Below are positions 1 to 8,237 of a stretch of 31,427 nucleotides of DNA, piece by piece; the first letter of the stretch is position 1; every line of letters starts with the position of its first letter. The notes under the pieces were generated by a model. The model had not been told where the DNA came from. It searched no databases and worked only from the letters and a program-made list of their open reading frames with translations. This DNA comes from an uncultured virus (IMG/VR IMGVR_UViG_3300021091_000002) (lineage: Duplodnaviria; Heunggongvirae; Uroviricota; Caudoviricetes). The position numbers and the translations under genes are program-made. The DNA lies in the IMG/VR virus record IMGVR_UViG_3300021091_000002; one strand, given 5' to 3'.

Positions 1-387
1 ACAGCTATTAGTAACACAAAAAAGCTGTATTACGACGGGATATCATCGAAAGTTGAAAATATTAATCCAAGATGGGTCGGCCCAGCTATAAACTTTAGAG
101 GAGCGGTTGGAATGCCGCAAGAGGTATACCTAATAACGACAGAGAGTGGTGGAGATAGGCTAGACTCTCTACTACAGTTAGTAGACAACGTACATGGATT
201 AAGTACTAAGTACTTTGCAATCGTAGTTGACGCAGTAATTACGTATGAAATCGAAACAGCAGCTGGTGTCTATAAAAAGGCTTCTCCAGGTGGAGTTAGA
301 AACACCGCAGTTAAATCAGGTGGTGACTTTGGTTTTACAACTTCATTGAACTTGGGCTGGGGAGGGTTGGCTCTTTTGCCAATATAA
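1..387 (+). CDS. 5'-truncated tail/baseplate-region protein, function unknown
   Basis: Frame 1 is open from base 1 (ACA GCT ATT...) to TAA at 385-387, so the track's 112 start is probably internal. It lies directly upstream of the baseplate genes. Confidence 0.6.
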   Translation, partial: TAISNTKKLYYDGISSKVENINPRWVGPAINFRGAVGMPQEVYLITTESGGDRLDSLLQLVDNVHGLSTKYFAIVVDAVITYEIETAAGVYKKASPGGVRNTAVKSGGDFGFTTSLNLGWGGLALLPI

Positions 388-390
388 ACT

Positions 391-636
391 ATGAAGACAA
401 AATACTTTTCCACTGATAGATACTCATTAGATAGCTCCGGGCAAACTGCTTCAAGAACCCGGTTTGTTGCAAGTGGGTACTCTGTGTACACATCCGTTGC
501 TGGAGATACCTTTATGTCCTTAAGTATCAGATTTTTAGGGGATCAATCTCGTTATTGGGAAATTGCAGATATTAACCCTCAAGTTGAATGGCCCGATAGA
601 ATACCAATTGGTACCACACTGAGGATTCCAATATGA
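391..636 (+). CDS. LysM-like baseplate protein (P2 gpX / T4 gp53-like)
   Basis: Pattern YTSVAGDTFMSLSIRFLGDQSRYWEIADINP...IPIGTTLRIP is typical of tail LysM-like proteins. It overlaps the hub gene by ATGA. Confidence 0.85.
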   Translation: MKTKYFSTDRYSLDSSGQTASRTRFVASGYSVYTSVAGDTFMSLSIRFLGDQSRYWEIADINPQVEWPDRIPIGTTLRIPI

Positions 637-1796
637 TTGGCCCTTCTATAAACAAGTTTTCTGCAAGCTGCAGATTCCAAATACACGGAGTACCCCTAGA
701 CCACACGTCTATTATTGAATACGAACTTTCATTGTCCGAGAACAAACACGATTTACTAATCGTAACTATGGCTGGCGTTCCAGCAGCCGCAGTAACTGAC
801 TACATAGGAGTACCAGTAACTTTTTCCCTTGGGGAGGGTGTGGGGACATCACAACAGTTTGTTGGGTATGTTTCGTATGTTGAGCCAATGCACAACGCAA
901 GAGACGGTCTAATAAACAAAAGCCCAATACAGCTAGCGAAAGTGTACTGCATTGGGGCATCAATGATTATGAAAGAAGTAAGATCAAAAGTATGGGAAAC
1001 CCCATCACTTACAGAGATCGTTACTTTTATATCAGACACTCATGGATTTAGTGTTGATTACCCTAAGGATTCTTATAAGCCTATTCGGCTGGTTCAATCA
1101 AGTGAAAGCGATTGGTCGTTTTTAAACAGAGTCTGTAAGAAGTTTGGTTTGGCTTTTTCACTACACGGAACACACCTTCATCTATGGGACAGAAGCAAGT
1201 TTACTGGTCGAGCCTCGTCATACCATAGAGCTATGACTAGCAATAGGACTCAAGAAAATAGACCGTTCTACGTGCTTAATTTTGAAGCAACCCTAGGAAA
1301 AATCTCGTCTTCGGGAGACCGAAGTCGAAATGTAGTTACTGTTTTGGATTCACAAAATAACATACATGTAGTATTGGACGAAACCTCTGAGTATTTTCCC
1401 GGATCTACTGACTCACCCAAACTATTTAAAAAACCTCTTACTCTATCTCTTAACTCTTTAGAAGAGGGTGTTAGAACTATAGATTCATACGACAAGTACA
1501 ACTCAATTTACAATGCAAAACTTAACGTAATGTATGGCGGAGGGGCTGTTCCTGGTGGCATACTTTACCTTGATGGATTTGACTCAAAGTTCGACGGGTT
1601 CTGGTATATATCTGATGTAACTCATTTTGTTAAATCAGAGAACTATGTAACAGAGTTAATCCTGGCAAAATCAGAGGAATTTAATCAGGTTGTTGACACT
1701 TCTAATGTCACTACATTTCAAACACCACAGGAGTACAAGATGAGTTTTAATGAAGAGTGGATTGCTAGCACAGCTAGGGTGTATGAGTATGCCTAG
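633..1796 (+). CDS. Baseplate hub protein (P2 gpD / T4 gp27 / VgrG N-terminal-like)
   Basis: Motifs Q-SSESDWSFLNRV and PGGILYLDGFDSKFDGFWYISDVTH; position between the LysM and spike genes. Confidence 0.85.
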   Translation: MIGPSINKFSASCRFQIHGVPLDHTSIIEYELSLSENKHDLLIVTMAGVPAAAVTDYIGVPVTFSLGEGVGTSQQFVGYVSYVEPMHNARDGLINKSPIQLAKVYCIGASMIMKEVRSKVWETPSLTEIVTFISDTHGFSVDYPKDSYKPIRLVQSSESDWSFLNRVCKKFGLAFSLHGTHLHLWDRSKFTGRASSYHRAMTSNRTQENRPFYVLNFEATLGKISSSGDRSRNVVTVLDSQNNIHVVLDETSEYFPGSTDSPKLFKKPLTLSLNSLEEGVRTIDSYDKYNSIYNAKLNVMYGGGAVPGGILYLDGFDSKFDGFWYISDVTHFVKSENYVTELILAKSEEFNQVVDTSNVTTFQTPQEYKMSFNEEWIASTARVYEYA

Positions 1797-2022
1797 CTCA
1801 GATATAACCCTGCATAGGGCCCTGGTGGTTCGGGTATCTGGTAACAGCGTGTATGTAAAGATACCCAGCGTTCTTGGGTCAAATGAGTCAATAGCATTAC
1901 ACACCCCTAAGAACCCAGCAGCTAATTGGCCACCTGTTGATGGTAACCAGTTAATTGTTGCAGTTGAAGGTGAGAACTTTAATAAAGTTTACGCTATAGC
2001 AAATATCGATATTGGTATATAG
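1783..2022 (+). CDS. Short baseplate spike protein, gp5/gpV N-terminal OB-fold-like (start 1783 or 1789)
   Basis: HRALVVRV..VYVKIPSVLG...WPPVDGNQLIVAVEGENFNKVYAI resembles the gp5/gpV OB fold; it sits between hub and gp25. Confidence 0.65.
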   Translation: MSMPSSDITLHRALVVRVSGNSVYVKIPSVLGSNESIALHTPKNPAANWPPVDGNQLIVAVEGENFNKVYAIANIDIGI

Positions 2023-2034
2023 TTTGGAGTAGCC

Positions 2035-2433
2035 ATGAAATCTATAAAGATTCCGTTCTCGTTCGTAGGTGGAAAAGTAAACTCCACAACGGACGAGGGT
2101 ACTATCGCCAACCAAAAAATAGAGGCTGTGTTAACCACAATTCGTGGCGAACGAATCTTAAACCAAACGTTTGGCAGCGACATCAAGCTACTTGTAAATG
2201 ATACACCTAATGAAATTATTTTAGCTGATGCTAAAATAGAGGCTATACATGACTTAAAAGGCCAGGTGTCGGGTGCTCAAATAATTGATATGAACTTTGA
2301 CCTTGATTCACTGACTAGTGATGACCCAACTTTAAATGTATATGTTACATATAGACTACCATTAGGAAACTATAGGACTGGGAGAGTTAAACTGGCTGTT
2401 CCTGGGTTAATTACAGAAGATACGATCGTGTAG
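2035..2433 (+). CDS. Baseplate wedge / sheath initiator, gp25/gpW family
   Basis: IKIPFSF...VLTTIRGERILNQTFGSDI signature; GGAG RBS upstream. Confidence 0.9.
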   Translation: MKSIKIPFSFVGGKVNSTTDEGTIANQKIEAVLTTIRGERILNQTFGSDIKLLVNDTPNEIILADAKIEAIHDLKGQVSGAQIIDMNFDLDSLTSDDPTLNVYVTYRLPLGNYRTGRVKLAVPGLITEDTIV

Positions 2434-2440
2434 GTAACTT

Positions 2441-3913
2441 ATGCCATCTGACCAAACATTTAATTACGCAAGTAGAACCTACGGTACTATTCGCCAAGAC
2501 TTGCTTGCTAGAGCTTCTACGGTAGCACCAGACTGGACTGACAGAGACACGTCTGACTTTGGTATGTTATTTGTAGATCTATGGTCGTATATCGGGGACA
2601 TAGTTCACTACTACATTGACCGCACCGGTAGGGAGTCTTTCATATCCACAGCAACACAAAGAGAGAGCTTACTAGCATATGCCAATATGTTTGGATACAA
2701 GCCAAGTGGGCGTGAGTCTGCAAGAGGTTCTGTATACATAGCAAACACTTCCAGTGCTTCTGCGTATACACTACCTATTAATTCTCAACTTCGTGCAAAC
2801 TTTGACAATGTTAACTATAATTTTTATACCACAAACGCTATAACTATAGCTCCAGGAGCTACAGAAGAAGTTGAAGTCGTTGAAGGAAAAATAGTTACCA
2901 ACGACGTGCTAACCACCTCATCCTCCGGTTCTCCCAATCAGGCGTATATCCTAACTACTACTGATCCAGCAATCTCTTCAATAGAGCTAACAGTAACAGA
3001 AGACGGTATAGGTGTACCCTACCTACAGTACCCTGACATATCCGACATGTCTAGCGGATCTAGAGGGTTCACAGTTAAACTAACGTCTTCTGGAACAGTT
3101 CAAGTTAGCCTTGGTAACCGTATTAACGGATTTGTTCCACCAGCTGGATCTGTAATAACGGCTTCCTACACTCGAAGCTCTGGGGTTAGTGGCAATTTAG
3201 GAGCTAACCTAATTTCTTCGTTTGTAGAAAGCCACCCAAGTTACATTAATATCTCATCGTCTACAGCCACAACCAGTGGTACAAATGGTGAGACCGCAGA
3301 AAGCTTAAAGTCAAATATTGTCTCATCAATACGCGCACAGGATAGAGCTGTGACTCTACAGGACTACGCAGACCTTGCTAAAACGGTTTCTGGTGTATAT
3401 AAAGCTATCTCTTCGTATACCCCGTCTGCCTCCGGCAGCTCAGCTGGAGCGTCGGTAACAATCTACGCACTACCGTTTGTAAGTGACTTCTTAACTACCA
3501 CCAGTTACTCAATAACTGTTCCAACAACTTTAAAAAATGACATTATAGAAAAGTTGACCCCAAGAAGTATGATTGGTGTAACACCTGTAGCAGCTAGTAC
3601 TGTAACTTTAAAACGATTAGACATAGCTGCGTCTATACAAGTTTCCGAAGGGTTCGTCCGTAGCTGGGTTGAAGCAACCGTTAGAAACGCCATTGATGGG
3701 TTATTTACATTTGATAATGCAGACTTTGGAAAAGAGATCCGTAAGGGAGATGTATACAAATTGCTGATGAATCTTACAGGGGTTGACTACATCGAAATAT
3801 CTGATTTTTCGATAAAAGGTAGTAATAATGTAGTAAACTCGGTGCTTGACCCTACACATATTCTCAGAAAGGGCAATATAACATTGACGTTTGCTGGAGG
3901 GATGGGTAGCTAA
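2441..3913 (+). CDS. Baseplate wedge protein, gpJ / T4 gp6 family
   Basis: NYASRTYGTIRQDL..PDWTDRDTSDFGMLFVDLWSY, ESFISTATQRESL and DRAVTLQDY motifs. Confidence 0.92.
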   Translation: MPSDQTFNYASRTYGTIRQDLLARASTVAPDWTDRDTSDFGMLFVDLWSYIGDIVHYYIDRTGRESFISTATQRESLLAYANMFGYKPSGRESARGSVYIANTSSASAYTLPINSQLRANFDNVNYNFYTTNAITIAPGATEEVEVVEGKIVTNDVLTTSSSGSPNQAYILTTTDPAISSIELTVTEDGIGVPYLQYPDISDMSSGSRGFTVKLTSSGTVQVSLGNRINGFVPPAGSVITASYTRSSGVSGNLGANLISSFVESHPSYINISSSTATTSGTNGETAESLKSNIVSSIRAQDRAVTLQDYADLAKTVSGVYKAISSYTPSASGSSAGASVTIYALPFVSDFLTTTSYSITVPTTLKNDIIEKLTPRSMIGVTPVAASTVTLKRLDIAASIQVSEGFVRSWVEATVRNAIDGLFTFDNADFGKEIRKGDVYKLLMNLTGVDYIEISDFSIKGSNNVVNSVLDPTHILRKGNITLTFAGGMGS

Positions 3914-3916
3914 GTA

Positions 3917-5713
3917 ATGGCCCGCAAATCCTTCGTAATACGCAGCTCTGCACCAAGTGGTGGTTCTTATCTACAGTATTATCCAGGTGGTATTGGAGCA
4001 TCACTGGGATCTGCTAGTGCTACGGGTTCTGCTTCAGCAGCATACATACGTGGTGACAGAGTTCAAGATAGACCAACACTTGGTACAGCTGTACCTGTTG
4101 GTAACGTTCTGTATAACGCAGCGTACTTTGAAGCAGTGGCATCTAACTATCAGGAAACCACCCTTACGTGGGATCTTACTTTGTATGATACAGACGCAGA
4201 AAATCCAAATTTAGTAAAACCGTATTCTGTTTTAATTGTGTACTCTAATTACGGGTGCCCAGACACTATCTCAGAGGGTATTGTTCTAGTTGAAACTAGA
4301 GATTCAAAAAAGCATGTGCATACACCAGTATTTGGTAGCTGGGCGTACTACTCAATGTTTATTAGGTACCGCTCACATGATGGTGATGACTACTATGAGA
4401 TCGTGTCAAAGATCCCAGTACTTCTACCGGTTGACCAAGATTCTTTGGAAGATCTTTACTCAAAAATTCCTGAGCACTATCGAGCTTTGGATGAGAACAG
4501 TTCTGGGGATCTTCGCAAGTTTCTGTCTGTATTTAGTTGGGACTTAGACAAAATAAAGTCAACTCTTAGACATTCCCTATCGATGCGAGACCCGTTAGTA
4601 GCGGATGAGGAATTACTAAACTATGTCGCTCAGGATCTAGGAGTTACCCTACGAACTAATGACATTGGATCTCAGAGACTTAGAGACTATTTGGTTAACT
4701 TCTCTAAACTAAAAAAGAGAGCGGGGTCTAAGTCTTCGGTAGAAGCACACCTCGAAGCCCTGTGTGGGGCTGACGTTCAAATAAACGATACCTTAAAGAC
4801 TATTAGTGTTTACCCTCAAAGGGCTAACCTTCTTTATGACCCAGCATTTGTAAATGGGATTGCGTCGGGTATTGATGGTGGTGAGCCCACCGTTGGTAAC
4901 AGCGCAATCTCGTATGATTCTGGTGTAGTGGGTCAAACCCAAACTGTTACTTATGACGGTGGAGCCACGCCCACAGCTACTCTGAGCTCTGGAACAGCCA
5001 CGACAGAGCGATGGGTAAGCTTTCCAGATCCTACCAATGCTCTCTACTCTTATTTAGAAACAGCTTCTACTGCTTCTCCGGGAAGCCCCAAATACATAAA
5101 AGTAACAGGTGGGGACATCCTATACTTCTCAATCTCAGTGCCAGCAGAAAGTAATGTTGCTGACTACGTAGAAGATTCTATTCTGTCAGTAGCGCTATAC
5201 GCTGCAGGAGGGGCATCGGGTGGGTCAGCCAACTTGATAACCACCGACACTACTTCTCAGGAATATGCTGGAAAGAAATACTGGAGATTAGAAGTTCCAA
5301 GCAGTGTTACTACCTACACAAACGCCGTTCTTAGTATTAAATTTGAAAATATCGTTGGTAGCTTTTCCATATCGTACTCTGACTTCCAATACGCTCTTCT
5401 TGAAAGAAACATAATTGGTGAATACTTTGATGGTAACACCGTACGGGGCGGATGGTTAATTGGTTCTACTGGGTCGATATCTGACTACAGATGGAAAGGC
5501 ACCCCGAATGATTCTCAGTCAGTCTTCTCGTCAAACTGGGCAAAAACACAGAACGTTATAGACAGACTTCTGCAGTATATTATCCCTGTTACAGAGTCCA
5601 TATCGTCTGGAACCTTGTATAGTAATGGGTACTACGCAAACAATGCTGGTTATGTAACAAAGATACCGACTTACAAGTACACTTTTACATACGACAAACT
5701 ACCAGGAGAATGA
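3917..5713 (+). CDS. Baseplate/tail protein with P2 gpI / gp7-like domain and beta-rich C-terminal region
   Basis: LYSKIPEHYRALD..DLRKFLSVFSWDLD..LLNYVAQDLG..KKRAGS is gpI-like; EYFDG near the C-terminus; follows gpJ. Confidence 0.75.
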   Translation: MARKSFVIRSSAPSGGSYLQYYPGGIGASLGSASATGSASAAYIRGDRVQDRPTLGTAVPVGNVLYNAAYFEAVASNYQETTLTWDLTLYDTDAENPNLVKPYSVLIVYSNYGCPDTISEGIVLVETRDSKKHVHTPVFGSWAYYSMFIRYRSHDGDDYYEIVSKIPVLLPVDQDSLEDLYSKIPEHYRALDENSSGDLRKFLSVFSWDLDKIKSTLRHSLSMRDPLVADEELLNYVAQDLGVTLRTNDIGSQRLRDYLVNFSKLKKRAGSKSSVEAHLEALCGADVQINDTLKTISVYPQRANLLYDPAFVNGIASGIDGGEPTVGNSAISYDSGVVGQTQTVTYDGGATPTATLSSGTATTERWVSFPDPTNALYSYLETASTASPGSPKYIKVTGGDILYFSISVPAESNVADYVEDSILSVALYAAGGASGGSANLITTDTTSQEYAGKKYWRLEVPSSVTTYTNAVLSIKFENIVGSFSISYSDFQYALLERNIIGEYFDGNTVRGGWLIGSTGSISDYRWKGTPNDSQSVFSSNWAKTQNVIDRLLQYIIPVTESISSGTLYSNGYYANNAGYVTKIPTYKYTFTYDKLPGE

Positions 5714-5714
5714 T

Positions 5715-5969
5715 ATGGAGTTACTCATAACTAGTTTAGCTGTGTACAAGATATTGCAGTTTATTGATTCTTTGCTTCCCAAAGAGGCAATGCCATGGGT
5801 GAAGCTCTTAGCCTCCCTAGTGCTTTCGTATGGTGTATGTGTAGTAATGAAAGTAGAGAATATTTTTGTAAGTGGTGCTGCAGTAGCTGCCCTATCTGGT
5901 ACAGTTCACTCAGTTCTCCGATTACTAACGCTTCTTGGAGACTCCACTTACAGAAAAAACATTAGATAG
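5715..5969 (+). CDS. Small membrane protein, holin-like
   Basis: 84 aa with 2-3 hydrophobic segments and a basic C-terminus (YRKNIR); GGAG RBS; at the end of the tail module. Confidence 0.5.
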   Translation: MELLITSLAVYKILQFIDSLLPKEAMPWVKLLASLVLSYGVCVVMKVENIFVSGAAVAALSGTVHSVLRLLTLLGDSTYRKNIR

Positions 5970-5977
5970 GAGCTAAC

Positions 5978-6781
5978 TTGAGTAAGAGTTCGACTTACGG
6001 GATTTTAGGAACGTCAGATGTTCCTCGAGAAGTCATCGTGGCGTCACTGTCAGACAGTGGTAACGCACAGTACATCATTCCTTGGTACGGCACCAAAAAG
6101 ATATCGCCAGCTCTTGAGCATGTGTATGACTGGATGATTGACAATAAAGCTAACTACCGAGTAGTTGAGTCTACGGAAGGACGCCCATTACCAAATGCAA
6201 TTAAAAAGCTAGCCACGGAAATAATTCAGGCCGATGCGGTAGACATAGAGATCATGCTGTGCCTTACAAAACATGAGGACAGCGCTGCGCTCATCATGTG
6301 GGATGAGGAGAACCCTCAGAGATCCTTGTTCCTTGCCTCAACAGCAATTAGCATGGGCATTCAATCATTGGAGCTTACAAACGGGCTGGTTCCCATCGTT
6401 GTTGAGGACTCCGACTTAATTGTGTCTTCAAACAACAACGACGACACATCAAAAATGCAAATTATTACAAAGAGTAATGCAGAAGCGCACATTGACACTC
6501 TTCTAGATCTAGACACGAGAAGTTTTGACAGAGAAACTTTAGAAGTGATGCCAGCAGTGTCGGTTAAGCGTATGGCAGCAAATGCTGGGTTTGATGTGAA
6601 GACTAAAGAAGAAGCTATCAATGCCCTAACAGGGGGTGTTGTTAAGGAACCAAACTCAAAGTTTGATGTTGGCACAGTTCTACTGATGTTCAACGATGGA
6701 ACAGAACTTGGGTTCTCTATGAATAGAGAGCTTCTAAAGCAGATCATGGATGTAGTTTTAGAGCATCAATCAAACTTGTAA
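5978..6781 (+). CDS. Hypothetical protein with alpha/beta N-terminal domain and possible Rho-N/HeH-like motif
   Basis: TTG start with AGGAG RBS. ETLEVMPAVSVKRMAANAGFDVKTKEEAINAL resembles a helix-extension-helix motif. Confidence 0.6.
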   Translation: MSKSSTYGILGTSDVPREVIVASLSDSGNAQYIIPWYGTKKISPALEHVYDWMIDNKANYRVVESTEGRPLPNAIKKLATEIIQADAVDIEIMLCLTKHEDSAALIMWDEENPQRSLFLASTAISMGIQSLELTNGLVPIVVEDSDLIVSSNNNDDTSKMQIITKSNAEAHIDTLLDLDTRSFDRETLEVMPAVSVKRMAANAGFDVKTKEEAINALTGGVVKEPNSKFDVGTVLLMFNDGTELGFSMNRELLKQIMDVVLEHQSNL

Positions 6782-6800
6782 AAGTTTCTGACACAAAGAG

Positions 6801-6835
6801 AAAAGCCCCAGGGGTTTCCTGGGGCTTTTTCTTTT
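6801..6835. terminator. Bidirectional intrinsic terminator
   Basis: AAAAGCCCCAGG-GGTTT-CCTGGGGCTTTT hairpin with an A-tract before and T-tract after, between convergent gene blocks. Confidence 0.9.
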
Positions 6836-6847
6836 ACCTACAACTGC

Positions 6848-7008
6848 AGGTAACTAGTGACTTCACTTCTTCTTGGTAGCTGCCTTCTTGGCAGGTGCTG
6901 GCTTCTTGGAAGGTGCTGACTTCTTACCCTTGGCGGGACCCTTTCCAAAACCAGGGTCTTTCTTGTCTTTAAGTCCACATCCACATGTTGCACACATACT
7001 AGTTACCT
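6848..7008. repeat. 11-bp perfect inverted repeat flanking the 44-aa gene
   Basis: AGGTAACTAGT at 6848-6858 and ACTAGTTACCT at 6998-7008. Confidence 0.7.
6863..6997 (-). CDS. 44-aa Lys/Ala/Pro-rich peptide with N-terminal CxxCGC motif (not in ORF track)
   Basis: Hand translation MCATCGCGLKDKKDPGFGKGPAKGKKSAPSKKPAPAKKAATKKK*. GGAGG RBS 8 nt upstream; starts 1 nt after the previous stop. Confidence 0.85.
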   Translation of the reverse strand: MCATCGCGLKDKKDPGFGKGPAKGKKSAPSKKPAPAKKAATKKK

Positions 7009-7247
7009 CCCTTCCGGTACTTGCTGGTCTTCTTTGCAATCTTATCGGGTTGCTTTACGAATTGCTTACCCTCAGAGTTACCTTTTGCTTTAGCACGGTT
7101 GGTAGCCGCTTTCTCTGATGGTGACAATGAATCCCAAGCCTTGTCAGGTAGGTAGCGCTTCTTGCCTTTGGATTCGGAGCCGTCAGAAGTGCGCCACTTT
7201 TCCTTGGTCCATTTATCTAAGTTTTTCTGAGATTCTTTTTTTGCCAT
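6999..7247 (-). CDS. Small basic protein (DUF5872-like, tentative)
   Basis: SQKNLDKWTKEKWRT..RYLPDKAWDSLSPSEKAATNRAK..GKQFVKQP; TGATG coupling to the upstream gene. Confidence 0.75.
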   Translation of the reverse strand: MAKKESQKNLDKWTKEKWRTSDGSESKGKKRYLPDKAWDSLSPSEKAATNRAKAKGNSEGKQFVKQPDKIAKKTSKYRKGGN

Positions 7248-7438
7248 CAGTCTTTGTAACCCCCACCACGCTTCTTATACTCAGACGCAAGAAGTTGTGC
7301 TTTACGAGCAGACCACTCACCTGGGTCGCCACCCTTTGAGCCAGCTTTGATTTCATTGAACAGGCGCTTGCGCAGAGCAGGCTTGGTGTAGTTACCAGCC
7401 TCATTGACCTTTGATTCGGCCTTCTTTTTAGCAGCCAT
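7247..7438 (-). CDS. Small basic protein (NYTKP...WSARKAQ family)
   Basis: ATG at 7438 overlaps the upstream TGA. Motif NYTKPALRKRLFNEIKAGSKGGDPGEWSARKAQLLASEYKKRGGGY. Confidence 0.8.
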   Translation of the reverse strand: MAAKKKAESKVNEAGNYTKPALRKRLFNEIKAGSKGGDPGEWSARKAQLLASEYKKRGGGYKD

Positions 7439-7707
7439 CAGCAATCCCACTTACGAAGTGACTTGTTGATGCGCGAGTCGGGGTCGTTTGCGGTCTTCTT
7501 CGAAGTGTTCTTTTTCTTCATACCCTCCATGCGGGCACAGAAAGACTCACGACGAGCAGCATCCTTCTTGGACTTTGCTGCTCTCTCTTTTGATACGGGA
7601 GGCTTCAGGTTGTGGCCTTCCTTTTTGGCTGAGGCTCGGCCCTTGGCGTTTAAACCTCCCTCAGGGTTCTTACCTTCTTTACGTTGCCATGCTGGACTTT
7701 TTGCCAT
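7438..7707 (-). CDS. Small basic phage protein (DUF6321-like, tentative)
   Basis: ATG 7707 with GAGGT RBS; MAKSPAWQRKEGKNPEGGLNAKGRAS...RRESFCARM...SRINKSLRKWDC. Confidence 0.8.
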   Translation of the reverse strand: MAKSPAWQRKEGKNPEGGLNAKGRASAKKEGHNLKPPVSKERAAKSKKDAARRESFCARMEGMKKKNTSKKTANDPDSRINKSLRKWDC

Positions 7708-7714
7708 AAATACC

Positions 7715-8149
7715 TCACTTAGTCGAGGCGCGGAGTTGCCACGCCCATTTTTGGTGCATATCAATACGACCGGAAATATAATCAGCTATACCCTGCTGAT
7801 CTGCTTTGGTGGCTTTTTTAAAAACATCGTTTAGAGTTTTAATGACCGACTCATTGGCAGTGAGCAAAGCTTTGGCCATAGCTTTTGGATTAGGTTCTAC
7901 ATCTTTAAACGTTACAGTGGTAAGTTCATTAAACTTCTTTAGGCTAAATGGCGCGTAGTCATCCAGCTTCCTAACGTTCTCGGCAATCGGGTCGATTGAA
8001 CCGTAAGCATCCTCGTAGATCTTGGAAAACAGTTTGTGGTACTGGCTGAAGTCTTGCCCCTCCACGTTCCAGTGGTACCCATGAGCCATGAAGTAGAACG
8101 TAACCACGTCAGACATGAGTACTTTTAAAGCTTTAATTAATTCTTCCAT
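7715..8149 (-). CDS. dps: Dps family DNA-protection / mini-ferritin protein
   Basis: HGYHWNVEG..F...HKLF...Y....IDPIAENVRKL and C-terminal HQKWAWQL. Ferroxidase His/His/Asp/Glu ligands are present. ATG 8149 with GGGAG RBS. Confidence 0.93.
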   Translation of the reverse strand: MEELIKALKVLMSDVVTFYFMAHGYHWNVEGQDFSQYHKLFSKIYEDAYGSIDPIAENVRKLDDYAPFSLKKFNELTTVTFKDVEPNPKAMAKALLTANESVIKTLNDVFKKATKADQQGIADYISGRIDMHQKWAWQLRASTK

Positions 8150-8177
8150 TGTGCTCCCAGCCAAACGGTCACCACAA

Positions 8178-8186
8178 ATAATACCA
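8178..8186 (-). promoter_or_regulatory. Putative extended -10 promoter (TGgTATTAT) for the dps cassette
   Basis: Minus strand reads GTGGTATTAT about 30 nt upstream of the dps ATG; no clear -35. Confidence 0.5.
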
Positions 8187-8198
8187 CCTCAATAATCG

Positions 8199-8227
8199 TT
8201 GCGGATTGCAAATCCACCCGCTACGAT
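8199..8227 (+). promoter_or_regulatory. Putative sigma70-type promoter of the replication operon
   Basis: TTGCGG (8199-8204) - 17 bp - TACGAT (8222-8227), 10 nt before ATG 8238, which has no SD. Confidence 0.55.
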
Positions 8228-8237
8228 TCCAAGTCCA

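Noticed and set aside
391..5713. Baseplate genes as a bacterial eCIS/T6SS/tailocin locus
   Set aside because: They are contiguous with a full phage replication module and there are no bacterial housekeeping flanks.
6873..7834. Plus-strand ORFs 6873-7118, 7118-7339, 7463-7834, 7488-7709
   Set aside because: Antisense shadows of the Lys-rich minus-strand genes, which have RBSs and translational coupling.
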